A stretch of 64,000 nt of DNA from Octopus bimaculoides (lineage: Eukaryota), in contig NC_068993.1 in assembly GCF_001194135.2 (NCBI RefSeq), positions 44,683,460-44,747,459 of the forward strand, read 5' to 3'. Position numbers and translations under genes: made by a program. Position 1 is the first letter of the stretch. The number at the start of each line of letters is the position of its first letter. Below the pieces are notes generated by a model. That model was not told the DNA's origin, did not search any database, and saw nothing but the letters and a program-made list of their open reading frames with translations. Below are positions 27,779 to 41,387 of this stretch, piece after piece.

Positions 27779-28328
27779 GAGCAAGCAATCTGTTGGCTCA
27801 GTCAGTACATTGAATATAGATGCATTATTACCTACTACGCAAAACACTCTTGCTTTGCCTCTCAAATGATTTCCAGCACCAAGGAAGATGTTGTCTCTGC
27901 TTTAACTCATAATGAAACCAAATCTTGCTGAGGAGGGACATTAATATTCATATTGCATCCATCCACTGCAGGAGTGCCTGTTACATAAATCTGAATTGCA
28001 CTGTTTCAAGAAGATTAAACCTTTTTATGCTAATCTACCTGAAACTGCGACTAGTTCTATGATACATGTTTCTCATTTTAAAATGATCTAAAATTAAGAT
28101 TCTAAATAAAACCTTCAATCCAAATTTCATGTTAATTTAAGTTCTTGACACCAGCTTAATAACAACAAAGTTACTTCATTAATCCTTTTATTATTTTCAA
28201 AATTAACTGTAACAAGGACAGTGTATTTTGACAGAAAGAAGTTAACAAAAGGGTTAATCATTAATTCTTCTGTCTTTAATGTATGCAAACTAATTTATTA
28301 CTCCTATTTTTTTTTGTTTTCTCTTTAG

Positions 28329-28404
28329 GATTTTGACTGCAGCAAAAATGGAAGACAATCCTTCTCAACTTGATATTTTTCAAGATGAACCACTATTTTG
28401 TTAA
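28329..28404 (+). CDS. HMG-box protein, terminal coding exon (ILTAAKMEDNPSQLDIFQDEPLFC*)
   Basis: Long pyrimidine tract plus ctttag acceptor; phase 2 matches exon 4. TAA at 28402-28404 and AATAAA at 28678-28683. Total CDS 1761 nt = 586 aa. Confidence 0.75.
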
Positions 28405-30149
28405 ATTGTTACAGTAAATTATTTCATTATTTATTTAATTCTCATTATTGTTATCCTGCTTGGCTTTTAAGTTTTCCCTTCTTTTAAAAATCAAATTTCA
28501 AAAATATTGTTATCAATTTTCATGTTAATTCCTTTTCTTTCTCAAAGTTGATGTATTTTTAGAATATTCCATAAACCTTTCTCCACCAAATATCACCTCT
28601 CATGATATTGAATGAGAGAATTCATTTTTAAAGTCTATTTCTTTTCTTCTGATTGACTTCAGAAACCATTTATATTCAATAAAGGTTCAGTTTAAAATTT
28701 TTAGTGCAAAGTTCAGTTCATGCTATTTAAAACATTTCCAAAAATTAAAAATATTCAGTGTTGTTGTTATTTAAAATTCACCTTGGTTATTAAGAACATG
28801 TTTCAATTGCACATTGAATAGTTCAACTCTTTAGCAGTTAAACTAACCATATCTGGCCCAAATATTTTAATTGTTTAATGTTCAAACCAGCCAGATCTGG
28901 CCTCTCATGCCTGCCTTACGATGTCATTCTAAAAATAAACAGTCACATGATCAAAATTTCAAAGCTATGAGATAATGCATGATTCATTCCAAACAATGTG
29001 AATAAATAAGTATTACATTTGACCGAGTAATCTGAATGCTAAAGGGTTCATTTGAATATTTAAAAGATGGAGCCAAAAGAAATACTCAGTCATTTTAAAT
29101 TTGATTTTAAAGGACCTTAGAAAAAACACAAGGGTGAAGAAATTAGTTACAGATAGTAAAATGTGATAAATGAACTTAGGGCCTGTAATTTACTCACAGA
29201 TCATATTTGTTGCGACTCACATGCAAAATATCCGTGTTGGTTTAAAATACATCATGAGTTTTCGATCAGAAATGCGAAAAAACAGGACTGTTAATAAAAC
29301 CAACTGAACTTACAAACCAACATGGGCATTTGACATTCTAGAAATAGTAGCTAAATCTCTCCCCTAATTACACTCTTTTATCTTTAAATAAAAAGGACAC
29401 TTTACATAATGTAGCCCATGATATATTGTTGGAAGGAAAGGCAGTGTGTTTTTTGCTCATCAGTTTCTCTTCAATCACGGAAGACCTAGCCTAAATAACA
29501 GTCACTAAGCTTCATTTATATGTGTTTGTGATGGTGATGCTGATTAGAAAATAAGTATGTAAGAATTGGGTTTGGCAACCAATCATATATTCCTTAAAAC
29601 ACTAAAATAAGCATCATCTCAAGTCTAGAACTCTCAAGATAGATAGAAGTAAAACCAAAAGCTCAGTTAATCTTCTTCTGTCCTTAATGCTTTGCCTTTC
29701 TGTTATAATTAAACACAATATTTAAAGAAATATATAAATATTTCAACATTAAGTTGATTAATGGGTGTTCCAGTTTTTTCTTCAACTCTACATTCATAAA
29801 TGAAATTCTGTACATTAGTTACATACACGCACATTCTCACACACTAACTCATACTTACAGCAGTTTATTTAGAGAAGATAGTGTAGTTCTTAGTGAGCAG
29901 TTAATGAATGTTTAGTGAATATGTACTAGATATTTTAATCTCTTCCATACAAGTGAGGCAAACTGGCAAGGTAGAGCATTGCAATCCTAATTGCTGCACA
30001 TTTATAATAATGAACTCTCAACTTTTTCCCCACTAGTATGTTTCAAGCATTTTTTTGTTTGTTTTTGTATGCTGAAAATATAAAATAATAATAATAATAA
30101 TGAAATTATTGTGTATGATGCTCAGGTGCACTATAACTCATCAAACGTG

Positions 30150-30435
30150 CATATATAGGACAAAGAATTATGTACAAAAGTCAGGAATGTGAACAGTGTA
30201 TGAGCCATGGTATGTGTGCATGCATATGTAGGTGGGGATATCAGGTGTAGCATTGGCGAATTTCAGGAAACCTGGAGGTTTTAAAGGATGCAATGTCTTG
30301 GCAACTAACAACTGATGCAGGTAGTTTGTTCCATGCTTCAGCCACTCTGGGATGTTTTTTGTGCTTACGCGGTACTGATGCTGCATATGCTATCCATATT
30401 GAGTTCAGGATGTTCTGAAGTATGCCTGTCCACAC
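30150..30435 (-). mobile_element. CR1-clade LINE 3' fragment
   Basis: RVAEAWNKLPASVVSCQDIASFKT matches the CR1 ORF2 C-terminal motif (RVV..WN.LP..VV.A.S..SFK). Confidence 0.75.
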
Positions 30436-31228
30436 ATTACACCCGCACCATCCTCATTGTCATCATCGTTCTTGAAGTGTTTGGTCTATTATTTTGCAGA
30501 TGTACATGTTTTTTACCTTCATGTTTGACCATCAAAAAGGGCATTGAGTGCATTTATAATGACACCAACACTATCATCTGTTACACATAATCAAGAAGTC
30601 TCTCAACCTTTATCAGTTTGTGTGTGTATATATATATATACTGCCAACATGATCATATCTTTTATAATTTCTTTTGCATTATTTTTATCTTTATGAATTC
30701 TCGATAGAATATAAAATCTGTGTGTGTTTAAAGAGTGCACATAGTAGAGCTTAATGGACAAGAACTTCCTTTTTCCTCTTTTATTACTTTCATGAGTACA
30801 ATGACTATACATTTGTCCTTTTGTTGTGAATTGCTGCATACAGTAAAAGCTAATAACAGTATTGATCTTTTGTAAAGCAAGTCTAAAAGAATAGCTGTCA
30901 CAACATAGCTAGGGAAGTACAACTGAATAAATTTAAGATATTTGAACTAAAATTATTAGTGTGTTTGGCCTATATTGTTTTTATAAACTAGTGCACAGCT
31001 AAAGTTGTCTCAAATGTTTCTATCTGGAAAAAGCTAAAAGTACCAAAGCAAGTTTGGATTTGTTTTTCATGTCAAATGCTTTTCAAGCTGTTTATGTCAG
31101 TAATGTTCCTTTTGTGTTATTTTGAAAATTTGTCACATTGGTTTATTGAAGGTATAGACTTTCTTTTAATTCATGACTGAAACAAAAATGTTTATTGTCA
31201 AAGCAGAATCTAATTTTGATTTCATGCA

Positions 31229-31274
<46 letters not shown>

Positions 31275-34200
31275 CTGCTTCAATGTTTGTCAAAAACATG
31301 TAGAATCAACATCTATAAAGCCATGTCATTATGAGAAAGTGAAAGAAAGAAAAATAACCCAAACCATTTGTACTTGATAATTACAAAAGCTATAATCATC
31401 ATCATTCTCCTCCTCCTCCTCCTCTTCCTCTATAAGACATTCAGATTTTATGAACAACTTGTTGCTTAAATCTATACAATGTGGTAAGTGTCTGGCTCAT
31501 TATCCTAACTAGCTATGAATACAAGTTACATCAATAAATATTGAGTGCAAAATTCAGTAGAAGGTTAATGGAATACCTGAAAAAGGCTGGAAAGTTGTTT
31601 AAAAAAGAAAAATCAAACTGTATGGTAAACTTTCCAATTTATAATGAAAACAGGCCTGGTTCACTTAGACTAACAAGTGGTGTTCATATTAGTTTGCAAC
31701 ACCTGGTCATTAGTGAAGAACTTGTATGACTAGTTTAATTTAAGCCACCTTAGAAACCGTATTTGTTTTCCATGTTAATACTAAGTTACTTTACTCTAAA
31801 TTAACTCTGTATATTATACTTGCATTTTTGTTTTTCCTTTTACATTGGCAAGTCTTGCTGAAATCTGAAGATAAAACTTGGCCATAGAAATTCAATGCTA
31901 TCACATGTTAACATTTTCAGAATACTGGTGTTATTCTCCCTATCATTGTGAAAAAAAGCAATTTACTTCTGTATAACATTAAAGGAAATTGTCTCATAAA
32001 GAAAAAAATTGTTTGGTAATTTTAGAAACTCAATATAGATTAAGGTTTCAAGCAGCTGCAGGAAGAAAATTGTAACACTCTCTATAAACCTCCAAACATT
32101 GACTATATTACATCAATAAATCTAGACAGATCACAAAGTCAATTCACAAGAAGTAACTTATGCCTGTCAGTTGTAATGAAGCATGTATTAAGTTATTAGA
32201 CTTGTATAAATATTCTTTCAGTCAAACAGAAATCTAATTGCAATTGTCATTTATCATTGAAAGAATGGTCTTGCTTAGAAACCGACTCTTGATGTCTAAA
32301 ATAAAATAAGCTGAATGTTTGAAATAATTTAAAGAAAGCAATCTGGAACAACTATAAAAACATTTTTATCAGTCTTATAAGAATAAAGCCAATGAGGGAG
32401 CCTCTATGTGGTCTCTCAACCTGCTAGAAATAGCAGTCAAATGTACCTCAAATTACACCTACTGTCTTAAAAGGTTACATTGGACATACCCAGGAATATA
32501 CAGAAAGACAAGGTAGTCTGGAAAGGCTGGAACACATTTGATAATATGTGTTCTTGATCAGGGCTGAACAATCACTAAATATTATTCAAAGCTATTGCTT
32601 CCTCTTGGACATTTTGTAAGTTTGATCCAAGTACTTGGAAGCACAATAATGTGAATATGTTTTTTCATCTTATGAATTTATGAAAAAGCTGGTGAAATTC
32701 ACAAAATATTTCATTATATCCCTTACTCTTGTATTTTATGTGGAGACATTGTGATGGTCATTTTTGCTCTCTTCAGCTTAAAGGATATTCATTTACTGGT
32801 TTCAAACAAGTATTAACTTTGTTTTCCATGCAAATCTAAATTGTGATTGAAATATTTGAATATATTACTTGTATCATTATATCAACATACTTCAATCTTA
32901 AGCCTGTCCTTGCTATTTCTCCCCAAGTCATTGTCTTCTATTGTGTAGCTTTTTCCTACTGACTAATGAACACAGCACATCAAGATGGCTTCCTCTGATT
33001 TCCTCATCATACCACATCCAGTTTCCATGCTATCATGAGTTGGATGATTTGATGGAGTCTGATGAATTGGTGGTCAGTGTCACGCACTGATATCTTCTTT
33101 GGTATAACTTCTATGACTGAATACCCTTCCTAATACCAATCACTTCACAGTGTACCAAATGCATTTTCATGACACATTTCCTCTAGGATAAAAAACAAAA
33201 ACAAACCCTTGTGTCAATATGAAAAATCATTATTGCAGAAACAACACATTGCTATACTTAATGCTTACAAAACTTACTCCCCTACCTCATTTCTTCTGTT
33301 CAATCCCAGTAGAGTGGCAACATTGCTTTTCATCCCCGTGTTAGCAATACAGTAAGTACCAAACATGATAAATGGTATTGTTTTAGTCAACTATATTCTC
33401 TTCACTACTAATATATTTTTGCTTTTGCTAATATCATAAAACCACACCTTCAACCTTTTTTATGACTCACTACATCCACCTCCAGCTCAATTTCTAACCA
33501 CCTGTCACTATCCTCCCACACACTTATGAAATTATCCACCATTTTCTTCATTCCTGATCCAGTCTATATTCTCCCTTATACTCAGCTTTTTTGTACATTG
33601 AGGGTATGTTCTAGCACTCTGTCACCACCATCTTTATCTCCCTTCCAGTTAGTCTCACCCACCCTCACATAATGTGGGGTAGCCTCTAAAGTAAGACACC
33701 TGTGTTTGTCCCTCTATCATACGTTAACCTTCAACGCCTGGCATAAAGTCACTTCCTTCAAATACATTCCCTCTCAGTTGGGAGTGGGGCTGAGGTTGGC
33801 TTTTTCCTTCTTTCTTTACTTTGTTTTGTAAGTTACTTGGCAATCTCACTAATGTTTGTGCAACAAAAGGAAGAACATCCTGCTGTAGAAAACAAGTCAA
33901 GGCTGACATTGGGGCCTGATGCAGTGTTCTGTGGCTGGTCTGACTCTATGAAACTGTCCAATCAATGCTAGCATATACAATGGACTTTAAATGATGATGA
34001 TGGGTAAATTACGACTGTAGCATCATCCTTGTCCCTACAGATTTAGTCTAAAATTAAATATATCTATAGGTGATCTGACATGCTAGGGTACCTCTTTGAA
34101 GGGTTTTAGTTGACCAAATCAACTCCAGTACTTATTTTAAGTCTGGTATTTATTCTATTAGTCTCTTGTGCCAAACCATTAAGTTATAATGGACATAAAC

Positions 34201-34867
34201 AAACCAACTCCAGTTGTTAAGTGGTGTGTGGGATCAGACAGACATATACACACACACACACATACATATGTGTGTGTGTTTGTTTGTTGGGCTTTCACAC
34301 AGTTTCTGTTTACCAAATTTACTCACAAGGCATTGTTTGGCATGAAGCTACAGCAGAAGATATTTGCCCCAAAGTGCCATGCAGTGGGACTGAACATGAA
34401 ACCAAGTGGTTTGCCGTTTGAGCAACCTAGTTACACAAGTCACTTGCTTCAAGGTTTCATAATCTTTAATCTCGATCTCATCACAAATATACATGTATTG
34501 AGTTTGTTGTTCAAGTCTTTCTACAATTCTGTTAAATTATTTACACAAAATGTCATTTGGACTAATATTAAGAAGTAGCTTTAACAACTACCAAAGCTGG
34601 TCAAGTCAGTTGGTTGTTAGACTAGAAACCAATATGTTTGCGGTTCATGTTCAATGTCCAAGTCATCTAACAGGAAAGAGATATTAGGAGTAGCTAGAGT
34701 TCTATATAAACAAGTAATAGTATAGATGTGGCTGTGCAGTTAAGAAGTTCTCTTCCTAACCACATGGTTTCAGTCCCATTGTGTGGCACCTAGGGCATGT
34801 CTTCTACTGTAGCTCCAGGCCAACCAAAATCTTGTGAGTGGATGTGATAGAAATTTTAAGAGGCCTG

Positions 34868-34909
<42 letters not shown>

Positions 34910-35498
34910 ACTTACAGGTGTGTATTGACATCACATTTTAGTAGTAAAATGGTTGTCTCTGTCATACAGGCAGTGTAATTCATTTTCAATATTCAGTTAG
35001 AACATGTCTGGCCATAGAAAAATATTGCCTTGTTTGGAAACAGGTGGGGATTGGTGATGGAAGGAAAATCTGCCTCAATAAACCCATCTGACCCATGCAA
35101 ACCAAGAGAAGTAGATGTTAAAACAATGATATAATTCACAAGTGATTATGTTAGCTTGCAGTGTCATTATGAAAACTTTCCACGGTAATCAGTTTGAATA
35201 TGATGCTTTCTACCAGACTGAAGATGAAATTTTTATACATGGATTATGGGATACATTTATCAGAAAATCAAATTGTCAATAAGCTCTGAGCATTTTGATT
35301 ATAATCCATAGGTGCATATGTGCGGTTAAGAAGCTTGGTTTCCAACCATGTGGTCTTGAGTTTAGTCCTACTGCATGGCACCTTAGGCAAGTATCTTCTG
35401 CTATAACCCTGGGCCAACAAAAGGAGACACAAACACACACAATGATCTGTATATTACACTTAATGTGAATTGCAAATTTACTGCGGAATTCATATAAA

Positions 35499-35818
35499 CT
35501 GGCACTCTGTTGGTGATGACAACAAGGGTTCCAGTTGATTTGATCAACAGAACAGCTTGCTTGTGAAATTAACATGCAAGTGTATGAGCACTCCACAGAC
35601 ATGTATACCGTTAAACTAGTTTTCAGGGAGATTCAGCATGACACAGTATATGACAAGGCTGGTCCTTTGGATTACAGGTACAACTCATTTTTGCCAGCTG
35701 AGTGGACTGGAGCAATGAGAAATAAAGTGCCTTGTTCAACAACACAACGTGCTGCCAGAAATTGAACTCATGATCTTACAATCAAGAGCTGAATACCCTA
35801 ACCACTAAGCCACACACC
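35499..35818 (-). mobile_element. SINE family D: different tRNA head and GCTCCAGTCCACTCAGCTG central block joined to the family B 3' half
   Basis: The 3' ~190 bp aligns to family B (GTGGAGTGCTCA...TCAACTGGAACCCT); the 5' part does not. Confidence 0.7.
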
Positions 35819-36530
35819 AATATACATTGTTTAAAAACACAATTTATATTGGAAGCAGATGAAAATTGTCCAAGCACAGGTGATGAGAATGTTAGATGTT
35901 TTTCTGCATTGAATGGGCATTGTCAATAGTATGTATTAACAGCCAACCACAAGCTTAGACAAAATTAGTTGCCACTGATTTATAGGAAAATAATGAATAA
36001 ACAATCACTGGTGCTGTGAATAGCTGCCCAGTGAAAGAAAAAACTGTTATATGCAACAGAAATAGCCATTGTGCATCATAATATAAATACACTGTGAAAG
36101 GGAATTTTTAATTTTATGGAAGGGCACAGATTTGACCAGTACTTATTTTATTGACCCCTTGAAAGGATCAATGATGTAAGTACTAGTCAAGGCTGACCGG
36201 GGATAAAACAACAACAACAACATATGCTTGTGTTTGCAACCATTTGGAAATTCTGATTGAAAAGTATAGTTAACTTATGGTGAGATCCGAACATGGAAAA
36301 ATAACAGAAATAATAAGATGATTCTTGTTTGTAAAAAACAAAAACAAAACAAAAAACGTTATTGTAATAATAAATGAAAAATGAAGATAAAGGCTATAAT
36401 ATAATTCTCTGGTACAAGAACTTTATCATCTTACAAGTCATCGATGGTGGTTTGTATCCAATCTTAATGTTTTCCATATTTCATGTTGGTTTTGTGGAGA
36501 AAAATGATCACAGTATATGATGAAAGAACA

Positions 36531-36550
36531 TGTATATATATATATATATA

Positions 36551-36602
<52 letters not shown>

Positions 36603-36672
36603 TATATATATATACATACATTTATACATGCACACACACACACAAACACACATACATACATGTATATATATT
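36531..36672. repeat. Compound (TA)n/(TG)n/(CA)n microsatellite
   Basis: Direct inspection. Other runs at 1935-1963, 2161-2189, 5192-5251, 31231-31272, 34871-34906 and 41976-42003 (CAT)n. Confidence 0.9.
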
Positions 36673-37420
36673 TCAAGTGGAACATGATTTCTTTTTCAGT
36701 CTCACACCAATATGTCATGAAACTTATTTTTTTATAAAAGTTTGCAGTTCTCACTTTGGCATTCATCTCTAATGCAAACACCAAATTTTGGTCAAGTGGA
36801 AAGAAAAAAAAAAAGAGAGAAAAAGCCAAACTCAAAATCCTGAATTGAAAAAATATTTATAAATTTCACAATGATTGTTCACAGTATATACAAACTAATC
36901 TCCAGTTATTAAGCACCCATTGGATAATGTTATCCAACATACCCTTAAAAAGATTGGTTGAACACAGCTGGAACGCCTTTGATCATAAAGTCAGCTTGAC
37001 CAAGAGTGATTTGAGGTTCAACATGTTTACATTTACAACCACTTGGAAATTTTGAAACTGCAAATTTTACTGAAATCTAATTAGATAGGAAGAACCCCTT
37101 GGGAGAGCTAAACAGCAGAAAGTCTGCAGAGAAGACCCTACTCATGCAAGTGTTTCAGCCCTAAATTCTTTACACTCCAAAGAGGGCCAGGCTGTATCCT
37201 GGGCAGGACACTTGGATGCCCCTCTGCTCCCACATTCTGTGCAACTGTATGTACTGCAACCCCTCCTGGATGGTTTAGGTGCCCTAGAGTCAATTACAGT
37301 TTAATTTCTTTAAGACTGATGAATTGTTGTGAATTGATGTGAATTTTTGTTTTCTTTTTCTTTTTTTTTTAAATAAAAAAAAGGCTGTAAGTAATGTCTC
37401 TTTATTCAATGAATGAATTG

Positions 37421-37555
37421 TTATTTTTTCCCTGTGCCAAATCCTGAAAATCCCATCACAGCTGCCATGTCAGGATCTCCTGGTTCATATTCTTCGTCAG
37501 CTCTCTTTTTGCCAGCTCTTTTACGTTCTCGACGATATGCTTTTTGTTTTTCTTC
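37421..37555 (-). CDS. ZMAT2: Zinc finger matrin-type protein 2 (Snu23), last exon (EEKQKAYRRERKRAGKKRADEEYEPGDPDMAAVMGFSGFGTGKK*)
   Basis: Carries the conserved ZMAT2 C-terminus MAAVMGFSGFG. ttcag acceptor, TAA stop, and AATAAA 15 nt downstream on the minus strand (37401-37406). Confidence 0.95.
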   Translation of the reverse strand, partial: EEKQKAYRRERKRAGKKRADEEYEPGDPDMAAVMGFSGFGTGKK

Positions 37556-38014
37556 CTGAAAAGATAATTAAAAATTACAAATATATCACTATAACGTAAT
37601 AAAATAATAATAAATAAACTGCAGATATTTCACCTCCAATTTAACACTTTCTTGATTATACACCTAACAAATAGACAGACAGATCTGAAGCAGACTTAGA
37701 GTAGAGAGCATGTCATTGATGACGTTGCAAATGGTAATAAAAGAACACTGCCAAATCTAGTTGACTGATTGATTGCCCAAACAATTAATCAAACAACTGA
37801 TTTAGTTAATTTGCTAGCTGTTAATGAATTGACTAATCATAATAAAAGAAGTGAATAGAATCAGTGCATGTGTTTAGCATTCATTATGTCAACGACTCTC
37901 CTCAGATGCAACAAAATACACTAAATCTTTCAATTAACTTCCAATATACTCAAAATTTTAGACAGGCTTAGTAAAATCTCTATAACTTTATACAATGATA
38001 AATAAATATATATA

Positions 38015-38850
38015 CAGGGTGCGATGAATATATTGTCATCTAAATTACATAAAAATGAAAATAACACTGACATCTCATTTTAATAGATTACCAAAACTAC
38101 ATAAAAATATCTTGAAATACTAAAGAGTAAATTTATTCAATAAAATCGACATTGGCTTCAACCACAACCTCCAAACGACTTCGGAATCTCCTGCAACTGT
38201 TTTGGTTGGTCTCCTTGTTAAGTTGATGAATGCTGCTATAATCCTTGTCTTCAGTTCATCTTTGGTGTTACAAAGAGTTTTGTTGGTCTCTCACTCAACT
38301 GTGCCTCACACATTATAATCAAGGGGTTGCAGTTTGGGGAGCTAGGTGGCCAGATGTTAGGGGTGATGTGGTCGCCGGAATTGTCTGACAGCCATGACTG
38401 GTTATCCTGCTTGTGTGATATGGTGCAGTCTTGTTGCCAGACATAGGGTCTTCCAGTTGTCACCCTCTCGACCCAGGGCAGCACTACCTCTGCCAGGCAC
38501 TTGATGTAGGTCTCTGTGTTGAGTCTGAGGCCATGTGGGAAGATGAATGGAGGCATAACGTCACCATCACTAGTGATCACTCCAAACACCATGAATGTTG
38601 ACTGGATGTTTGATTTTTATCACTCTCAGTGCATGCACTGTCCTCAGATTGACACCCAAACACTCTGAAATGTTTTTATTGGAGCTTCCAATGCTAATGC
38701 CAAGCAATACAGCATGTTGTTTCCAGCATCATGGTGCTGTTTCTCTCACAGACAGTGCCCAACTGACCCTACTATACTGCATAGTCAACAAAATCAAAAA
38801 CAAGGTGCATGCGGGAAATTAGAAATATAAAATGGCAACCTATTGCACTC

Positions 38851-38852
<2 letters not shown>
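38015..38852 (-). mobile_element. Internally deleted Tc1/mariner (maT/DD37D-like) DNA transposon
   Basis: Imperfect TIRs CAGGGTGCGAT / CAGAGTGCAAT, TA on the left flank. Transposase remnant MVFGVITSDGDVMPPF..YIKCL..VLPW..YVWQQD..H..WPPSSPNCNPL, preceded by an HTH-like N-terminus. Confidence 0.85.
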
Positions 38853-38882
<30 letters not shown>

Positions 38883-39607
38883 CACACACATGCACATATC
38901 ATATATGAAATTTCAATCAAAGTTTTAATTTGAATCTAAATACTAATATGGATTATTTAGATGTATTGGTGTTAAAATGGTTAATTCAAGAGTATAATGA
39001 TATAAATAAATGCAGACAATATACATGGTTACATGTACATGATATCAGAGTATCTACTATCCTGTTCTATAGCTGCAAGTCGGTCAATACTTTGTGAGTG
39101 AATCTGCTAGAGGGAAACTGAAGAAGGAAGCCCATCTTGGGTATGGACATATATATGTATGTATGTGTAAAAATGTTTGTGTGGGTGAGTTTATATTTTG
39201 TCTACATCTTCCTGGGTGTTTGCTGACTGAAAACAATAGCCTCACTGTTCACACTGAGGGTATTATTTGCTTGCATTCCACTGTGAAGGCATGTTCACTG
39301 TCATGACATGTCTGCTTCCATGACAGTGACATGCACAACTATCATGTGCTGATGAGACAAGGAGATTAACACACACATACACACACACACACAAACACAC
39401 TATGGGCTTTGTTCAGTATCCACTTACAAGGCTTTGGTTGGCCTGATGCAATAGTAGAAGACACTTGCCCTTGGTGCCTTGCAGTGGACCTGAACCCAAA
39501 ATCATGTAATTGGGAAACAAATTTCTTACCACACAGCCATGCTTGTTCCAATACATATCAATTTATCTACAGTAAAATGTGAAATGCTTCATCAGAAAAA
39601 TACTTAC

Positions 39608-39753
39608 TTCTTCTCTTAATTCTTTCATTCTCTCTTCAAAATCATATTCTTTTTTCTTATCTTCTTGCTTTCTTTTATTCATTTCAAATCTCTTTTTCAC
39701 CTGATCCAATGATGACCGTTCAACTCTCATTGACATTCCTAAATTCCTTTGAT
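39608..39753 (-). CDS. ZMAT2: ZMAT2 exon (QRNLGMSMRVERSSLDQVKKRFEMNKRKQEDKKKEYDFEERMKELREE)
   Basis: Near-identical to the conserved ZMAT2 segment as I recall it. taatag acceptor and GAA|gtaagt donor; phase 1 in, 0 out. Confidence 0.95.
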
Positions 39754-40448
39754 CTATTAGTATAAAACAAACAAAAATCATAAACAAGTTACGCACACAC
39801 ACACACGTCACTGTCACCCACTTCTTTTAAAAGTTCTATGGCCAGATGCTCTTCCTATCACCAACACTCACCTACTTCTAAACAATGTAGTATTTCCCCT
39901 GGCCAGACATATTTTTCATGCAAGGCTAGAAACAAACAACACTGCTTGTATGACAATGATGCTTGTTTACAACTATCACATGATGCCAAGACAAGCATAC
40001 ACATACAGACACACACACACATACATATAAACATAGATATGTTAGGCTTTTACTTGCTGTCTACCAAATTCACTTAAAAGGCTTTGTTTGATCCAAGGCT
40101 ATAACAGAAGACACTTGCCCAAGGTGCCACAAAGTGAGATTGAACCTGAATCCACATGGTTGGGAAGCAAACTTCATAACCATATAGGCAAACTTGTGCA
40201 CTAACAATCAGTCCATCTGGTCAAATACACTTTCACCAATGATTTCTATCTATGACAAGGATGAACGATGAAAGAAGCTTCACTAAATCTAGAACCTTAT
40301 GAACTATAGAAATGCATTTTATGCAAAGCTCCTCTAACATAAGGCCTTATTTTTTGCCAATCAAAATTTGGATGAGAGGACAATCTATTATAGTTTTCTA
40401 ATTTTGGCACAAGGCCTGCAATTTTAGGGGGAAGGGACTAGTCAATTT

Positions 40449-40827
40449 GTTGGCACTCCGTCGCTTACAACATCGAGGGTTCCAGTTGATCCTATCAACG
40501 GAACAGCCTGCTCGTGAAATTAATGTGCAAGTGGTTGAGCACTCCACAGACACGTGTACCCTTAATGTAGTTCTCAGGGATATTCAGCGTGACACAGTGT
40601 GACAAGGCTGACCCTTTGAATTACAGGCACAACAGAAACAGGAAGTAAGAGCGAGAGAAAGTTGTGGTGAAAGGGTACAACAGGGTTCACCACCATCCCC
40701 TGCCGGAGCCTCATGGAACTTTAGGTGTTTTCGCTCAATAAACACTCACAACGCCCGGTCTGGGAATCAAAACAGCGATCCTACGACGGCGAGTCCGCTG
40801 CCCTAACCATTGGGCCATTGCGCCTCC
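40449..40827 (-). mobile_element. SINE family B, full length, inserted inside a family A SINE
   Basis: Reverse complement of 16312-16696; family A sequence continues on both sides. Confidence 0.85.
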
Positions 40828-41202
40828 ACAAATTACATCAACTCCAAAGCTAAACTGGTACTTATTTTATCAAATCTGAAAGGATGAAAGCAAAGTCAAC
40901 TTTGGCAGAATTTGAACATAGAATGTAGAGAACCAGAAGAAATGCCACAAAGCATTTTGTCCAACGCACTAACGATTCTGCCAGTTCACTGCCTTAATGC
41001 AATCAATTCTAATGATACCAGCATATGATTGGTATTATTTTCTTTGCCATCAAAAGGTCAATATTAGCTCCAGTGCAATTTGAAGTCAAAGCCATAAATT
41101 TTGGGAATGGATGAAATTGACTTAACTGGATCTCAGTAGTTGACTGATACTTACTTTACTGTATGGATGAAATGTGATAAGATTTTAACCCTTTAATAAT
41201 TT

Positions 41203-41387
41203 ACGTAAAAGCACCTACTACACTCTCTGAGTGGTTGGCGTTAGGAAGGGCATCCAGCTGTAGAAACTCTGCCAAATTTAGATTGGAGCCTGGTGTTGCC
41301 ATCCGGTTTCACCAGTCCTCAGTCAAATCGTCCAACCCATGCTAGCATGGAAAGCGGACGTTAAACGATGATGATGATGATGATGAT
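41203..41387 (+). mobile_element. RTE 3' end fragment inserted into a TTAA MITE (41189-41574)
   Basis: Matches ~14135-14313 with a (GAT)n tail; flanked by the two halves of a CCCTTT...AAAGGG MITE. Confidence 0.75.

Noticed and set aside
27860-27935. Possible C/D snoRNA (ATGATT...CTGA with a short ctc/gag stem)
   Set aside because: Box C is imperfect and I could not match a guide to rRNA or snRNA. A similar ATGATGA at ~19410 lacks a suitable D box.
28368-28383. QLDIF resembling the bacterial beta-clamp motif QL[SD]LF
   Set aside because: The host is a eukaryote and the motif does not fit a PCNA PIP box; a five-residue match is expected by chance.
36438-36835. Several overlapping ORFs (IYIYIY/CVCV)
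   Set aside because: These are translations of microsatellites; the same applies to ORFs at 1822, 5156, 26633, 27641 and 31195.
39754-39817. N-terminal part of ORF 39563..39817
   Set aside because: It is intronic; only 39608-39753 is the ZMAT2 exon.
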